A DNA stretch of 63,975 bases, filler included, from Octopus bimaculoides (lineage: Eukaryota): assembly GCF_001194135.2 (NCBI RefSeq). It is 6 parts of 6 records of this genome, joined end to end, with 100 filler letters (N's around TTAATTAATTAA, not from the genome) between each part and the next. Parts side by side here need not be neighbours in the genome. Positions count along the whole stretch, not along the records: positions 18,979 to 31,829 come from NC_068990.1; positions 31,930 to 52,093 come from NC_068985.1; 4 more parts are not named here. One strand, given 5' to 3'. Both the position numbers and the translations under genes were made by a program. Shown here in pieces: positions 23,648 to 36,040 of the stretch (positions are counted from its first letter, which is position 1; every line of letters begins with the position of its first letter). A model generated the notes under the pieces. The model was not told the origin of the DNA. It ran no database searches and worked only from the letters and a program-made list of their open reading frames with translations.

Positions 23648-23975
23648 ATCAATTGGAGGAAAAAGCTGTTACAAAGGCTGCAGCAAAAATGGAGTAAATT
23701 ACCACCAGCGATGTTGACAAATTGTGTCTAACCAGACACAAAGGCGGGCGAGGGCTAATTAGCTGTGAAAATTGTATATGCTCAGAAGAAAAAAGCTTGG
23801 GGTAGGATATCAAAGGTACCATAGAACCTTTGTTGGTTCAGGTGAGAATATCTATTACAGTCAGTACAGATGCAGGGAGATGTCAGTACAAAGCAAACAA
23901 ACAGTAACGAAGACAAAACAAAATGGAATGGAGAAAAGATGGATAGGCAGTTTGAGAGAGATTATGTGGTAAGGC
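23648..23975 (+). mobile_element. R4/Dong-clade fragment, RT C-terminal region
   Basis: SDVDKLCLTRHKGGRGLISCENCICSEEKSLG*DIKGTIEPLLVQV and KMDRQFER. Confidence 0.75.
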
Positions 23976-24849
23976 TTCGACAAGTAGAAAAGCACTCGAT
24001 CAGCTAAGAGTGTAAAGACAATATTATAATAAAAGTCACAAATCTTATTAAAGACAGCTGTCCAGGATTTCCTGGTTGAAATAAGTTGTTATCCTTTTTT
24101 TTTATATATATTTCTGCCACGAAACCCTGCGTAGCTGTATTTAACAAGAAACAAGATTTGTCTTTTTATTATAATAGTACTTGTGTGAGTGTGTGTAACT
24201 ATATATNNNNNNNNNNNNNNNNNNNNNNNNNNNNNNNNNNNNNNNNNNNNNNNNNNNNNNNNNNNNNNNNNNNNNNNNNNNNNNNNNNNNNNNNNNNNNN
24301 NNNNNNNNNNNNNNNNNNNNNNNNNNNNNNNNNNNNNNNNNNNNNNNNNNNNNNNNNNNNNNNNNNNNNNNNNNNNNNNNNNNNNNNNNNNNNNNNNNNN
24401 NNNNNNNNNNNNNNNNNNNNNNNNNNNNNNNNNNNNNNNNNNNNNNNNNNNNNNNNNNNNNNNNNNNNNNNNNNNNNNNNNNNNNNNNNNNNNNNNNNNN
24501 NNNNNNNNNNNNNNNNNNNNNNNNNNNNNNNNNNNNNNNNNNNNNNNNNNNNNNNNNNNNNNNNNNNNNNNNNNNNNNNNNNNNNNNNNNNNNNNNNNNN
24601 NNNNNNNNNNNNNNNNNNNNNNNNNNNNNNNNNNNNNNNNNNNNNNNNNNNNNGAATATATGTGTGTGTGTGTAAAAGGGGGATATGTGAATGTGTGCGT
24701 GTGTGTGTGTGTATGTGTGTGTGTTTGTGTGTGGAGGGGCGCATAATGGAAGTAGGATGGTTCATCTTTGTTCGCTTAGTATTTGGGTTTATTTTTTGAT
24801 TTGGTTGAATCTTGGTTGTTGTTTTTTTTATCAGTTATTTTTAGCGTTT

Positions 24850-24981
24850 TGACAGAAAAAAAAGTCATTCTAAAATTGTTTTCTAATGTAAGCGTGCCCA
24901 AACAAATCGAATGCTTACACACAGCAGGTCTTACAGCCACTTCATTCAAACAGACCGGGTGAAACTGGGCTTAGCTGCTAG
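24850..24981 (+). mobile_element. Helitron 3' terminus
   Basis: GC-rich hairpin CCGGGTGAAACTGGG followed ~8 nt later by CTAG|T (24978-24982); 5' boundary not resolved. Confidence 0.55.
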
Positions 24982-25151
24982 TATATATATGTATAAATGG
25001 ATGCGTGTTTTCTTCTCAGTGTTTACAAATAACACGGGAAAATGAATAAATAGTTACCAGGGCAGCAAAAATTCACACAAGTATCAAGGATGTAACAACC
25101 TACTTATAAAGGTAGAAACTCCTGGTTTAGGTGAAATGTTTTTATATAATA

Positions 25152-25182
<31 letters not shown>

Positions 25183-25218
25183 ATGGAGTTAAACGCAGGT
25201 GTTATTCAATTCTTTTTA

Positions 25219-25265
25219 CTTCCGATATATGTTTCGAGGAAAACATTAGTATTATTCCAGAAGGA
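25219..25265 (-). ncRNA. Degenerate PLE-type hammerhead remnant
   Basis: minus strand CCTTCTG...CCTCGAAACATATATCGGAAG; stem I CTTCT/GGAAG and near-palindromic stem III; core destroyed. Confidence 0.3.
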
Positions 25266-25434
25266 ATAAAATGGTGTAAAACAATGCAATCTTCTCATCA
25301 GAGAAAGAAAGAAACCAAACAGTCAATATGACATTTTAACAGAATGTGATGACCGCGTATAATGTGAAGGGAACGCTATCAAGTTTTTTTTTATAAACCG
25401 TTAATAGATACAACATTTGGGTGGTATATATATA

Positions 25435-25483
<49 letters not shown>

Positions 25484-25654
25484 CAAATAATATATGAGTA
25501 TATGCATATATACGTACATGTATGTACATACCTACATCTACATGTATATATAGATGCATATCTGGGTACATGACGTTGCAAAAACAACGTGGACAAAATC
25601 GTAAACAGAATACAGAAAACACACAGGCCACATAGAGAACATTTCCTAGAGAGG

Positions 25655-25686
<32 letters not shown>

Positions 25687-26416
25687 TAGCGTTGCTAGGA
25701 ATGAAAAAGAAAGAAGTAACAGAAGGACGAAAATTATATGTAGAACTGAGGAATTCTAAACTATAAACAAATAGTGCATTCAGTTATACACAATAGTGTA
25801 CAACCGAATGTAGAAAGTCGTTGAAAATAAAAGAGGGTGCGGATAAGTGTGAGAGAGATGAGGACATAAGGATATAGAAAGACTAATAGAAATAGTGGCG
25901 ACAGAGACTAATAGAAATAGAGACGATAAACAAAGAAGAGATGGGAAGTGAAAGAAAGGGAGAGAGAGACTGTTGCTGGGATACAGTAGAAGAAAAGACA
26001 AATGTAAGACTTAAAAAAAAAAACATGTCACAGTGAACAGAATTGAATAGAATTGTTATCTGGTTGGCGTGTAATTGAAATCTTCAACAGTAAAAGAAGC
26101 TTCAAAACCACATTTTCATTTAAAAAAATATATATATATTAAAATTGGAAATTGTAAGAATTTTGTAGAACTTAATAATTGCTCTCCTTTAGTATAAAAG
26201 TTATATAATAGCAACTAATTAATGAGAAGCTTCCTTTGTTATAATATCAATATTGTTCATTTTTGATCGCACTCTAAAGTAAAATGATCTCCTTTGACTT
26301 TTAACAATGGACAATCTTAACATTTGAAAAGTTTATGTATCGTACCGATAATAAAAATAGGTTATTTAATTATTTTGATAATACTATACAATATTACGAT
26401 GTATTATCCTTGGTAA

Positions 26417-26590
26417 GGACGGAAATGTGGCTGAATCATTAGCACGCCGGCCAGAAATGTTTAGTGGAATTTCGTCCTTCTTTACGTTCTGAGTTCAATT
26501 TCCACCAAGGTCGGATTAACTTTTCGTCCTTTTGGGGTCGATAAAATAAGTACCAATTGAGCACTAGTGTCGATATAATCGACTTAACCA
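26417..26590 (+). mobile_element. SINE family B copy
   Basis: ATCATTAGCACGCCGG, CGTTCTGAGTTCAATTTCC and GGGGTCGATAAAATAAGTACC. Confidence 0.8.
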
Positions 26591-27628
26591 CTTCTTTTGA
26601 ATTTACTCTCTGACATTACTGAGAGTGTCATTGAGGCATCGGTGAAGGCTTTGTTAGGTTTTTTTAATAGGGCCGATAAACTCAAAAGTTTGGAAAGTGC
26701 TTAATTTAGAGAGAGACACAGTGGATGTCTCATCTTCTGTGATGTTTTCTTTAATGACATAGACCCTTGTCCAAATTATACTAGTCTTAGTTCTTCAACA
26801 TTTCACACGTAAGTAACGAATCAACGACACAGGATGAGAAAAATTTTTAAATCTATTTTCAAACATAACTTTTCATATGCAGACAGAGGCCATGTGAGAG
26901 TGACAGGAAATAATCTTGACTCATAATACACAAATCTGTTTGAATACACGACCACACACACACACACACACACACACGTATGTATGCGTGATGTATGTAT
27001 GTATGTATGTACGTACGTACGTATGTATGTATACACTCTGCATACGCATAAAAATACCAGTTTACGATGTCATAAGTGATGATAGACTAGTTAAGTGTCA
27101 TATACATAAACTTGTATATCTATCAACAACCAGACTGTACTTTGTGTGTCATTGCTAATGATGTATGCAATAGCTGTTACAGAGCTTATGCTTTATTCGC
27201 ATCTTTATCACTTGTATGTATAGTGTCACACAGCACATGTAATTTTTTTAGACCTGCGAAAATATATTTAATATTGTTGTGCAGACTGATCTGTATTTTC
27301 TTCTTTTTTGTTTTTTAGTCAAGAGGGAAGGCAATGCTCACAAACCTTGCCTGCAACAGAGTGGATCCAAAGTGCTAGATGGTGTTATCAAACGAGGGGG
27401 TGTCTTAAGTTGACTACCAGAACGCAAATGGCAGGAATGAATACCAGTCCAACGTTCTTACATTTCCTCCAATCCACCACTGTGGATTGTTTTTTGTTTG
27501 TTTGTTTGTTTGTTTGTTTTGGTTATTTTTGCTTGTTTTTCTATCGACAGTTGACTTTGTCGGGACTTGAACTCAGAGCGCAGAGACTTTCCAACTCTAC
27601 CAAATCATGGCGAGTTAACCAGATCACA

Positions 27629-28129
27629 TCTATAATAATAAAAGCGAAATTCTGTCTGTCCGTTTGGGACCCCTGTATCTCGGTCTACATTTGCTCAACA
27701 GACATATTATACCTTTTTGGAATCAGAATGATCCCGGGATTGAAAATCTGCGCTTCATTTGGTTCTTTGAACATCTGATTTAAAAGCATTTGGATTGCTA
27801 TTTCTAGCAGGTAAAACTTAGTTGATTCACGTCATCTTAATTGGCATTTGTCAAATGACGTCAGAGATTAAGGGGAGATAAATGACATTCGCCTCGTTAA
27901 TTTTACGTCGAGATCAGAACTTTGGGACAAATTGGTCAATAATCGTAATTCAATTTGGGACGGGAACAATAGAATGATTGCATTACAGAATTAATTCTCA
28001 TCCGTCCTTAACCTCCGATCAAACACCATATGATAGTCATGTTATTTAGATCTCTTTAGTTTGGGGCCGCAGGCCCAATTAGCCATCTGCAGGAGGTAGC
28101 TTAAAAGTCCGCACGGACTTTTAAACTAG
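27629..28129 (+). mobile_element. Non-autonomous Helitron (501 bp)
   Basis: A|TCTATAATAATAAAAGCG 5' end; perfect 11-bp hairpin TTAAAAGTCCG-CA-CGGACTTTTAA (28101-28124); CTAG|T 3' end; AT target. Confidence 0.75.
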
Positions 28130-28397
28130 TAATCAATAAATGGACCGTTACGATTTTACTGTCACTTAGGAAGAACCCTCCCCAGAAAATAAAACACACA
28201 TGCCCTCTTTCATTTAAATATAAACCTTGGCCACATTTTGTCTTATCACCTTTCTACATATAACACATTTTTATAAAAAATACCTACACTTTGATTAGAT
28301 GACACGAGGAGAATCCGAGATTTAAAATTTTTAATAGTCGAGTTCACGTATAATTAACTCGGATTTTAGCCAAAAGCAATTTCCACAGCATGACAAA

Positions 28398-30090
28398 CAA
28401 GGGTTGTAAATAATTGATTGGAACCTTTCCAATCAATTATTTTATTAGCAATCAATTGATTTTAATTGGGAGGCAGGTCAATCAATTATTGCCATTAAAT
28501 GTCAATTATTTTGCCGAACGTAAAAACACCATATAGTTTGGAGTATTAATCCTCGATTTAGATAAGAGCCAAAACGATAGGAAAATAAAAGGCACGTCTT
28601 GTAGTTTCAGAAACTTTAGAAAACCTTCAAAGTTCAATTTTATTGATATAGAAAAGGGAACAAACAACATGTATGCTCTACATTGTACAGTAGTTGAGAA
28701 ACAAATAAATTGAAAGAGTTTCTCAAACGAGTAGCACAATTAGACTGTTCTAATATAGCAAAAGGTCATGAACGATTGCAGATTTCTGAAACTAGGTCTT
28801 CAGCCCAGAAAGCGCGATTAACTTTTAGAAATAACTGCATATCTAAATTCATTGGTGCTAAGTATTATCGAAAATCATTAAAAGCGTAACCAGCTGAGCT
28901 GAGCTGAAGAAACTTTCCAAGATGTTGGCCGTTGATAACAAAAATCTGCAGTTCAGATATTGCTGAGGTGAAATTTTATCGTTTTTGTGTTTTTTCAAAC
29001 AAATTGAAGCAAAATCATCATCTTCTACAGGTAAATCAGACTGTTGTGACGTGTCTGTCACCACTTTCAGCTGATGTAGAGCAGCCACTTCATCCGCAGT
29101 TAGCTCTGCTTCTACATTTTGTAAAATTTTCACAACTCCACTTTTAAAATTTGGGCTGTGCACAATGGCTGCCGGCGGAAGCAAATATTTTTCAAACTCC
29201 TCGTAAGGACACAATGCGAGAATTTCGTGAAAAAGAATTCGAGCATTTCCCAAATCTATTTTTGTTCTTCGCAAGGCGACTGCTACTGAGCGTAACTTAC
29301 CTAAATTGTCTTCTAGAGTCTGCAGATCATTATAATCGCGTGAAGTCAACAGATAATCAACTAGCTTTGGATCGCCCTGAAAAGAATCTAAAAACGGCTT
29401 GAGTTGGATGTACCTCTCAATCATGTCATAATTACTGGACCAAAGGGTTTTATTTCTTTGTATAGGTTGCAAAGGCGTTTTCTCCCGAAGTTTACCCGCA
29501 AGTTTTAATGATTTTAGTTTGCCCAACAACATATTAATTTTATCAAGCAGAACTTCTTGCTTGTCAAGATAAGCAGAAACAGCTAGATTGAATTTATTAG
29601 AGGCACATCGAATCGATGGTATTCTACACAAATTCGCTATAGATTTGTTCACTTCAGTATTATCTCTGGTAATAGCTACAACATTTTCTAAATTTTTGTT
29701 ATAGACACTTAACACATACTCTATAAACTCGACATAATTAGAAGCAGTGAATGATGTTTCACTTACCATTAGCGAAAAATGCCAGCAAAACAGTACAATA
29801 GTCATTTTGATAATTGCACGAATAAGATGCAAAAAGTCCAATGAAATGCGTCGAACCCTTAGTCTAACCGTCGATTACTAACGAAAATTTACTTGGAAGT
29901 TCTTCAGATATCTTCTTTTCCACTTCTTGAGTTTCTCAGTGTATTTCCTTAAGTTCACATTTATCATACTTCCCAAGTTTGTGTACTCACAAGTCAATGG
30001 ATCTTTAGTAAAGGAGAATGGTTTTAAACCAACACATACCCACTCAATCCAACCATAAACATTTAAGGCCGAGCGTGTCTCCAGGAGAAG
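28398..30090 (-). mobile_element. hAT-superfamily transposon with a near-complete but disrupted DDE transposase (~30090 to 28766)
   Basis: LNVYGWIEWV...LPSKFSLVIDG*TKGSTHF (D1), AITRDNTEVN (D2), RCASNKFNLAV, TLWSSNYDMIERY, IVHSPNFKSGVVK, TANILESFFS (E), LFLKVNRAFW; W-to-stop and at least 3 frameshifts; putative right end CAAGGGTTG with CAATCAATT subterminal repeats. Confidence 0.85.
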
Positions 30091-30342
30091 GTCACTCCGA
30101 TATAAAACATGATATACAGGGAATGTAAATGGACATTTTGAGAATCTTTTGCTTGCGCTTGACATCATGGTGCTCCTACATTCCTGAGCTTGTGACCCAT
30201 CCTGGCACAAGATATCTTGGCTCGGTGGAGAGGGTCTGTGAGGCCTTGTACAAGCTTCATTGGACCTAAACTTATGTACAGACATTGCTTTGTCAGTGAT
30301 AGTCATACTCTTCTATGAGTTGACAGTCATCATGTATGTATG

Positions 30343-30369
<27 letters not shown>

Positions 30370-30376
<7 letters not shown>

Positions 30377-30585
30377 TGTGTGTATTATGTCGGGTCACTC
30401 TTAGTGCTACTGGCAAAATGTAACCCATAACAACCTGTCGCATGGTCGGGCCGTTGATGACTTAACTGGCAACCCTACTAAGCCCGCTGAACAAGGAGAG
30501 TGGTATTTGTTAGACACCCTGCAGGACGAAAAACAAAACCTGTCAAAGAACTGATAAACTCTGTGGGGCCATCCAACAGCTGTAA
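30370..30585 (+). repeat. GC-richer interspersed repeat, possibly an RTE 5' UTR piece
   Basis: CGGGCCGTTGATGACTTAACTGGCAACCCTAC and GGACGAAAAAC; assignment from memory only. Confidence 0.3.
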
Positions 30586-30833
30586 GTGAGAGAGAGAGAT
30601 CCTTAATATTTGTTAAAGCATCTCTTCAGAGGAAATTCCAAAATAACACCCGCCTCATTGTGAAGCCAGAGATCTTGTTCTTACTTGTTTTTGAACTACT
30701 TGGCATTTTAGGTAAGAATTTTAGTGGTGGTGTTGTACCACTCGGGGCAGTGGCACCTGTACCAGGACAATGTACCAATCCACAATATATACATACATCA
30801 GTCCTCCTGGTGTATATATATATATATATAATA

Positions 30834-31496
30834 CAGCGTGCGTAAGGTATTTGAGGACATAACTTTTTTGAGTCATTGCTGTATTTTTTGCTAACTCTGT
30901 ATAGTCTTTGTTTCAGAAAATAATAAAGGCAGGCCCTCAGCTTACTCAAGAAATGAAGTGGTATGCTGTTATTGTGGTTATAAAGGCTAAGCATAGAGAT
31001 TTAGAAATATCTCGAATTTTAACAGTTGCCAGATCTTTCGTCTACAAAGTTTGTAAGGAGCAAGAGACTGAAGATGGAAACATAACACCGGAAGATGGAA
31101 ACGTAACATTCTAAACGCTCTGAAATAATCAGAACACCTGAATTTATCCAGCAAGTTCAACAGACCATTGATTACAATCCCAGAAAGTCCATGACGTCAA
31201 TTGCAAAAGATCTCCATGTGTCAGAAGGATTCTTTGAAAGCTGCCATAGTCAGAGTTATGTCCAAAATGAACCATGACCACTTGATTCGAGCATGTAGAT
31301 GATTTAGATCTCATATAGAAGCAGCTGTTGAAGCTGACGGTGGCTTTATTGAATAACATTATAAAAAAGGTTTATTTTTATCCTCGTAGTATTTTTTGAC
31401 AAATAAAGTTATTATCTGTTATTATATATCTGTTTCTTTATTTCTTTCTTTTTTGTTATAAACATAAATCTGTCCTGAAATATCTTACGCACCCTG
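30834..31496 (+). mobile_element. Internally deleted Tc1/mariner element (maT/DD37D-like)
   Basis: TA TSDs; TIRs CAGCGTGCGTAAGGTATTTGAGGACA / TGTCCTGAAATATCTTACGCACCCTG; RTPEFIQQVQQTIDYNPRKSMTSIAKDLHVS and EAAIVRVMSKMNHDHLIRAC...IEAAVEADGGFIE*. Confidence 0.85.
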
Positions 31497-31582
31497 TATA
31501 TATATATATATATATATATATTTATAATATATATAATATATGAATGTATTGCAAGACACTTGATGTGATATATATATATACA

Positions 31583-31750
31583 GGCGCAGGAGTGGCTGTG
31601 TGGTAAGTAGCTTGCTTACCAACCACATGGTTCTGGGTTCAGTCCCACTGCATGACACCTTGGGCAAGTGTCTTCTACTATAGCTTCGGGCCGACCAAAG
31701 CCTTGTGAGTGGATTTGGTAGACGGAAACTGAAAGAAGCCTGTCGTATAT
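31583..31750 (+). mobile_element. SINE family C, well-preserved tRNA-derived head and CORE-like segment
   Basis: GGCGCAGGAGTGGCTGTGTGGTAAG (A box), GGTTCAGTCCC (B box), GACACCTTGGGCAAGTGTCTT. Confidence 0.9.
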
Positions 31751-32229
31751 ATGTATATATATATATGTGGTGTGTGTGTGTGTGTGTGTGTTGCATCTAT
31801 AGAAATCCACACTTTACTACAAGATAGCANNNNNNNNNNNNNNNNNNNNNNNNNNNNNNNNNNNNNNNNNNNNTTAATTAATTAANNNNNNNNNNNNNNN
31901 NNNNNNNNNNNNNNNNNNNNNNNNNNNNNCTCTGCTCTCTCCCACTTGGTTTTAATATGTTGCCACATTTGTAATATGTCTTTTTTTCTACATTTTTTCG
32001 TGCAGCTGAAGATTGCTCTTCATATTGCATTTAAGGTAATGATCACATTACTTAAATAAATTGAAGTAGCATGAAACGTGCGTACTGCAATCACTTTTGA
32101 AATCCGTGTTGCTTATTATTTGATTTTAATCACCCATCCTTTTGGGATGTGAAATTCGGGTGCCTTCGCATAAGTACCATATTCAAGCCTTGAATCTATA
32201 TCTAAACCGTATATATATATATATATATA

Positions 32230-34260
32230 TATACGCGCGTGAGTCGTTTCAGAGACCATTAGTCAGGGAAAAGTAGCACCCGTATATCTGTCACTAGTGT
32301 GGGTATATTAACTGAAATGTATAGCATTAAATATCCATCATGGCTGGTCTTGCCAGTCGGTTTCGTGTACAGAATACAAAGGAGTGTTAGGTAACAAACA
32401 GATTATATGACTTTATGCTCATCAGATTTAGCCAATATGGAAGGGAATATGGTGACTGCTCTCTATTGTCGAAGGTAGATTAGCACAATTAGTCAGCAGT
32501 TGCTGTGAAAAAGGTGGTGGAATGAAAAAGGGGCCAGGGTATTAGTTTAGGAGTTATTTGGTTGGGTATGCTGTGAAACCGGCAAGAGTTATCTTCGAGT
32601 GGGGAAAGTATGTATTATTAATGTCGTGCTCCTGTGGGGATAAGTATGTGGTATGTGTAGTGGTGTTATACGTATAACTTTTTCCAGGGATGTAGGTATC
32701 TATAGCTGTGTTCATTGGTCTAATTTCTTTTTGTAAAGGATCAAGTCGTGTGTGTGTGTGTATGTGTGTGGGGAGTTATGGTTGCGTACGGTGTGTAATG
32801 TCTATGTGTGGGATCTGTGTATATGTGGGAGTACGATTTGTGTGAAGGGATATGTATGTATTGGAGGGGGAAATAGTTTATTTTGTGGGATGTCTGCCTT
32901 ATAAGGCTGTGTGCGTGTGTTTACATGGGTGCCTTTGTGTGTGCTTTGGTCAAACTCTTTTTGCCGAGCCCAAGGGCACTGGTTGATGGTTTGTTTGCGG
33001 AAGGCCAAGGCAGGAGACCAGTGGTTGCAGCTACGGTAGGGCTAGCAGGTACGATAGAATGTACTTCCTTTTATGCGGGCATGGATTAATTAAACACCTC
33101 ACTCCTGCTATCCAGGTAAATCTCCGGGCGCTGGGTACGTTTTCAAATCGCTCTCTTCTCAGCCAGGTATAATCTTCACTTCCTGCTGCTATTGAAGTGC
33201 GGTTTGCATCTTTCTAGGATCTTCTATTTTATGCCGTACTCCATGGCGCTTTCTTTGAAAGTCCAGATGTGCTTAGCTAGGGTTGTGGCGTTATGACTCT
33301 CTGGGATGTTGAATGAGCACTTGTGGTTTTTAAAGCGGCTTCTGAAGGGGGTCTTCCATTGCCCCCACATACTTTCGCACGCTCGGTTGTCCATTGGGTC
33401 CTGTTAGTATTAATTCTACCTTGTATAATAAGCATCTTGCCTCAGCCTTGGGTCTGGATCTACCTACAAAAATTTTTTTTTACTCTTGGTGCACAGCTAA
33501 AGGATAATATCAGGGTACGTTTACTAAATATTCTTTTGGATCTATTGGTTCAAAAGAAGTGCCTATCAACTAAACTAAGGAAGATCTTACCTTCTCTGAT
33601 TTTTAAAGAGACTCTCTTTGCTTGAAGACAAGCCGGAGATTCTCTTGGTGACGTGCTTAACGAAGTTCCTGAACACTATGGCTAAATGGCAGGTACCTGT
33701 GTTAAGGTAAGATCAGATTGTCTTCAAGCAAAGAGATCTTTGATGCTGCAGCCTCGTACAACAACCTGGCTTTGGCTGCCAGTGATTCAAGGATAACAAT
33801 AGTTACATGTCAGAGCCTAAGACCCAAGTGAAAGCGCCACCGGAAAGTACTGTGGTTCACAGCCGTGATGGGTATCTAATACTATTCATTGCAGGTAATA
33901 TATCTATATNNNNNNNNNNNNNNNNNNNNNNNNNNNNNNNNNNNNNNNNNNNNNNNNNNNNNNNNNNNNNNNNNNNNNNNNNNNNNNNNNNNNNNNNNNN
34001 NNNNNNNNNCAATAATCACCCCTTAAGCTTCAGACACTGGCATAAAAGAAAAGCGACTAAATTATCCAGTTATATATGGTTCTTAAAAGATTCACTGTCA
34101 GCTATAAGATTCACTGGAAGATCTTGGCCAAGTGAAAACTTTATACCAATGGCAGTGGGAAGTGAGGTCCTTGTGATATGGAAAGATGGCTCCTCTGGAA
34201 AAGTTCCTTAGACCCTGTTACATGTCTAAAGTCAATAAATGAACTTTTGGGATCATGTCC
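32230..34260 (-). mobile_element. Penelope-like element: RT, linker and GIY-YIG endonuclease, decayed, with 3' tail
   Basis: GKIFLSLVDRHF...IFSKRTLILSFSCAPRVK and FRSRFKNHKCSFNIPESHNATTLAKHIWTFKE...KILERCKPHFNSSRK*RLYLAEKRAIL; RT-start remnant near 34250. Confidence 0.8.
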
Positions 34261-35111
34261 ACATATGGCAAAATACTTGTTACGGTTTTGGGCCCTCCAA
34301 GATCACGGATAGGACCTGCTTCTTTATTATGTCCCTGTACACGCCTTCCATTTGTCTTAATACTTTTTATTGGTTTATATATATATAGTTTCCTTTTTTT
34401 GTGTGATTGTATACGCGTGTAAGTATATGTACATATAAGTACATATTAACTGTGTATATTTGTGCGTGTGTATATATGTGTACGCATGCATGTATGTATA
34501 TGAGTGTAAGATTGTATCTGGTGCATGCAGGTGATTTTCATGCACATGTCTCCTTCCTTTATACGTATATGTATGTACATACGCTTGTATATCTGCGGTT
34601 GTAGGTATGTTGATTGATAGGAGGGTGTATATGTATATGCTTCTCTACAGATATGTTCATATACGTATATTAATGTATGCAACGCGTGTNNNNNNNNNNN
34701 NNNNNNNNNNNNNNNNNNNNNNNNNNNNNNNNNNNNNNNNNNNNNNNNNNNNNNNNNNNNNNNNNNNNNNNNNNNNNNNNNNNNNNNNNNNNNNNNNNNN
34801 NNNNNNNNNNNNNNNNNNNNNNNNNNNNNNNNNNNNNNNNNNNNNNNNNNNNNNNNNNNNNNNNNNNNNNNNNNNNNNNNNNNNNNNNNNNNNNNNNNNN
34901 NNNNNNNNNNNNNNNNNNNNNNNNNNNNNNNNNNNNNNNNNNNNNNNNNNNNNNNNNATATATTATGTGAGGATGAAATTGCGTATGCATACATGCGTAT
35001 GTGTGTGTGTATATTTATACATATATATGCATATACGTACATATATATACGCATATGTGTGCATAGAGACTATATGAGCACATAAATATTGTATGGGCAT
35101 ATATATATATA

Positions 35112-36040
35112 CACAGACATGCAGGAAGTAAATAAGCACCTTTAATTTTCAAAATATTTTTTATTTAATACGCAAAGCGAATAAATGAAATCTAATCGAT
35201 AGGTAGGACTACATACTTTAGTATTTAGTTGACATTCCCTTTGCAGTTTTTAATTCAGAAACTCTCTTTGACATTGAACTGATGAGCTTTCTGATTGTCT
35301 CCTGCGGAATTTCTGCCCACTTTTCACGCAACAATCGAAACAATTCATCTTTAGATTTAGGTTTCTGTCGAGTTTTTCGTATAGCTCTATCTAGTATGCT
35401 CCAAAGATTTTCAATTGGGTTCGTGTCAGGAGATTGGCTCGGCCAAGGATGCTTTTTTATTCCCATTTTTAGTCAGCCATTGTTGATTCCTTTTCGCTCT
35501 GTAGCATGGAGTCCCTTCTTCTATAAATAAGAACTCATTTTCGTGATGTTATCTTGTGAATACATCGGAAGTAGTCCTTGCTTAAGTATTTCAATGTATT
35601 TGTTTAGAGTTTATGGTTCCTACACATTCGATCAGCTCAGAACGACCATTGCTGGTGACAGCTACCCATATCACTACAGAGATACCGCCATGTTTCACAG
35701 TTGGTTGGAGTCGTTTGAAATCAAATTTTTGATTGGGAAGACTCCAGACCCAAACATGTCCATTGTAAGAAAATAATGCAAATCTGGATTTATCTGAGAA
35801 AATTACTCTATCCTAAAATGAACTGGATTCTTCTGACATCTCCTTAGCCCATTTCTTTCTTTTCCTGATATTAATTGGTTGAAGGTGAGGTTTTCTTCTA
35901 GCTGCTCATCCATAATACCCAAGCTTATGCAGATATGTAACACACGTTCTTGGATTAACTTCTAGCTATTTTGCAATGTCAGAAGCCTTCAAACGGGGTT
36001 CGTTTTCCACAATTCAAACAGGGAAGCATAGTTTCTTAGG
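35112..36040 (-). mobile_element. Tc1 (DD34E-type) transposase pseudogene
   Basis: AARRKPHL, VIFSDKSRF, PTVKHGGISVVIW and WPSQSPDTNPIENLWSILDR...IPQETIRKLISSMSKRV...KGMSTKY*. Confidence 0.9.

Noticed and set aside
26760-27420. DPCPNYTSLS resembling the start of a UMOD/GP2 D8C domain, with a strong acceptor at 27317
   Set aside because: The conserved Trp/Arg and the downstream GWYRF and cysteine pattern are missing in every frame
30090-30330. ORF 29878-30306 read as the N-terminus of the hAT transposase
   Set aside because: Only the part from about SALNVYGW onward is hAT-like; the upstream part has no BED-finger pattern and may be an unrelated retroelement remnant
32345-32430. CTGATGAG...CGAAAC on the minus strand, downstream of the PLE
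   Set aside because: The ~55-nt intervening sequence does not form stem II and no stem III/NUH follows, so it is not a credible hammerhead
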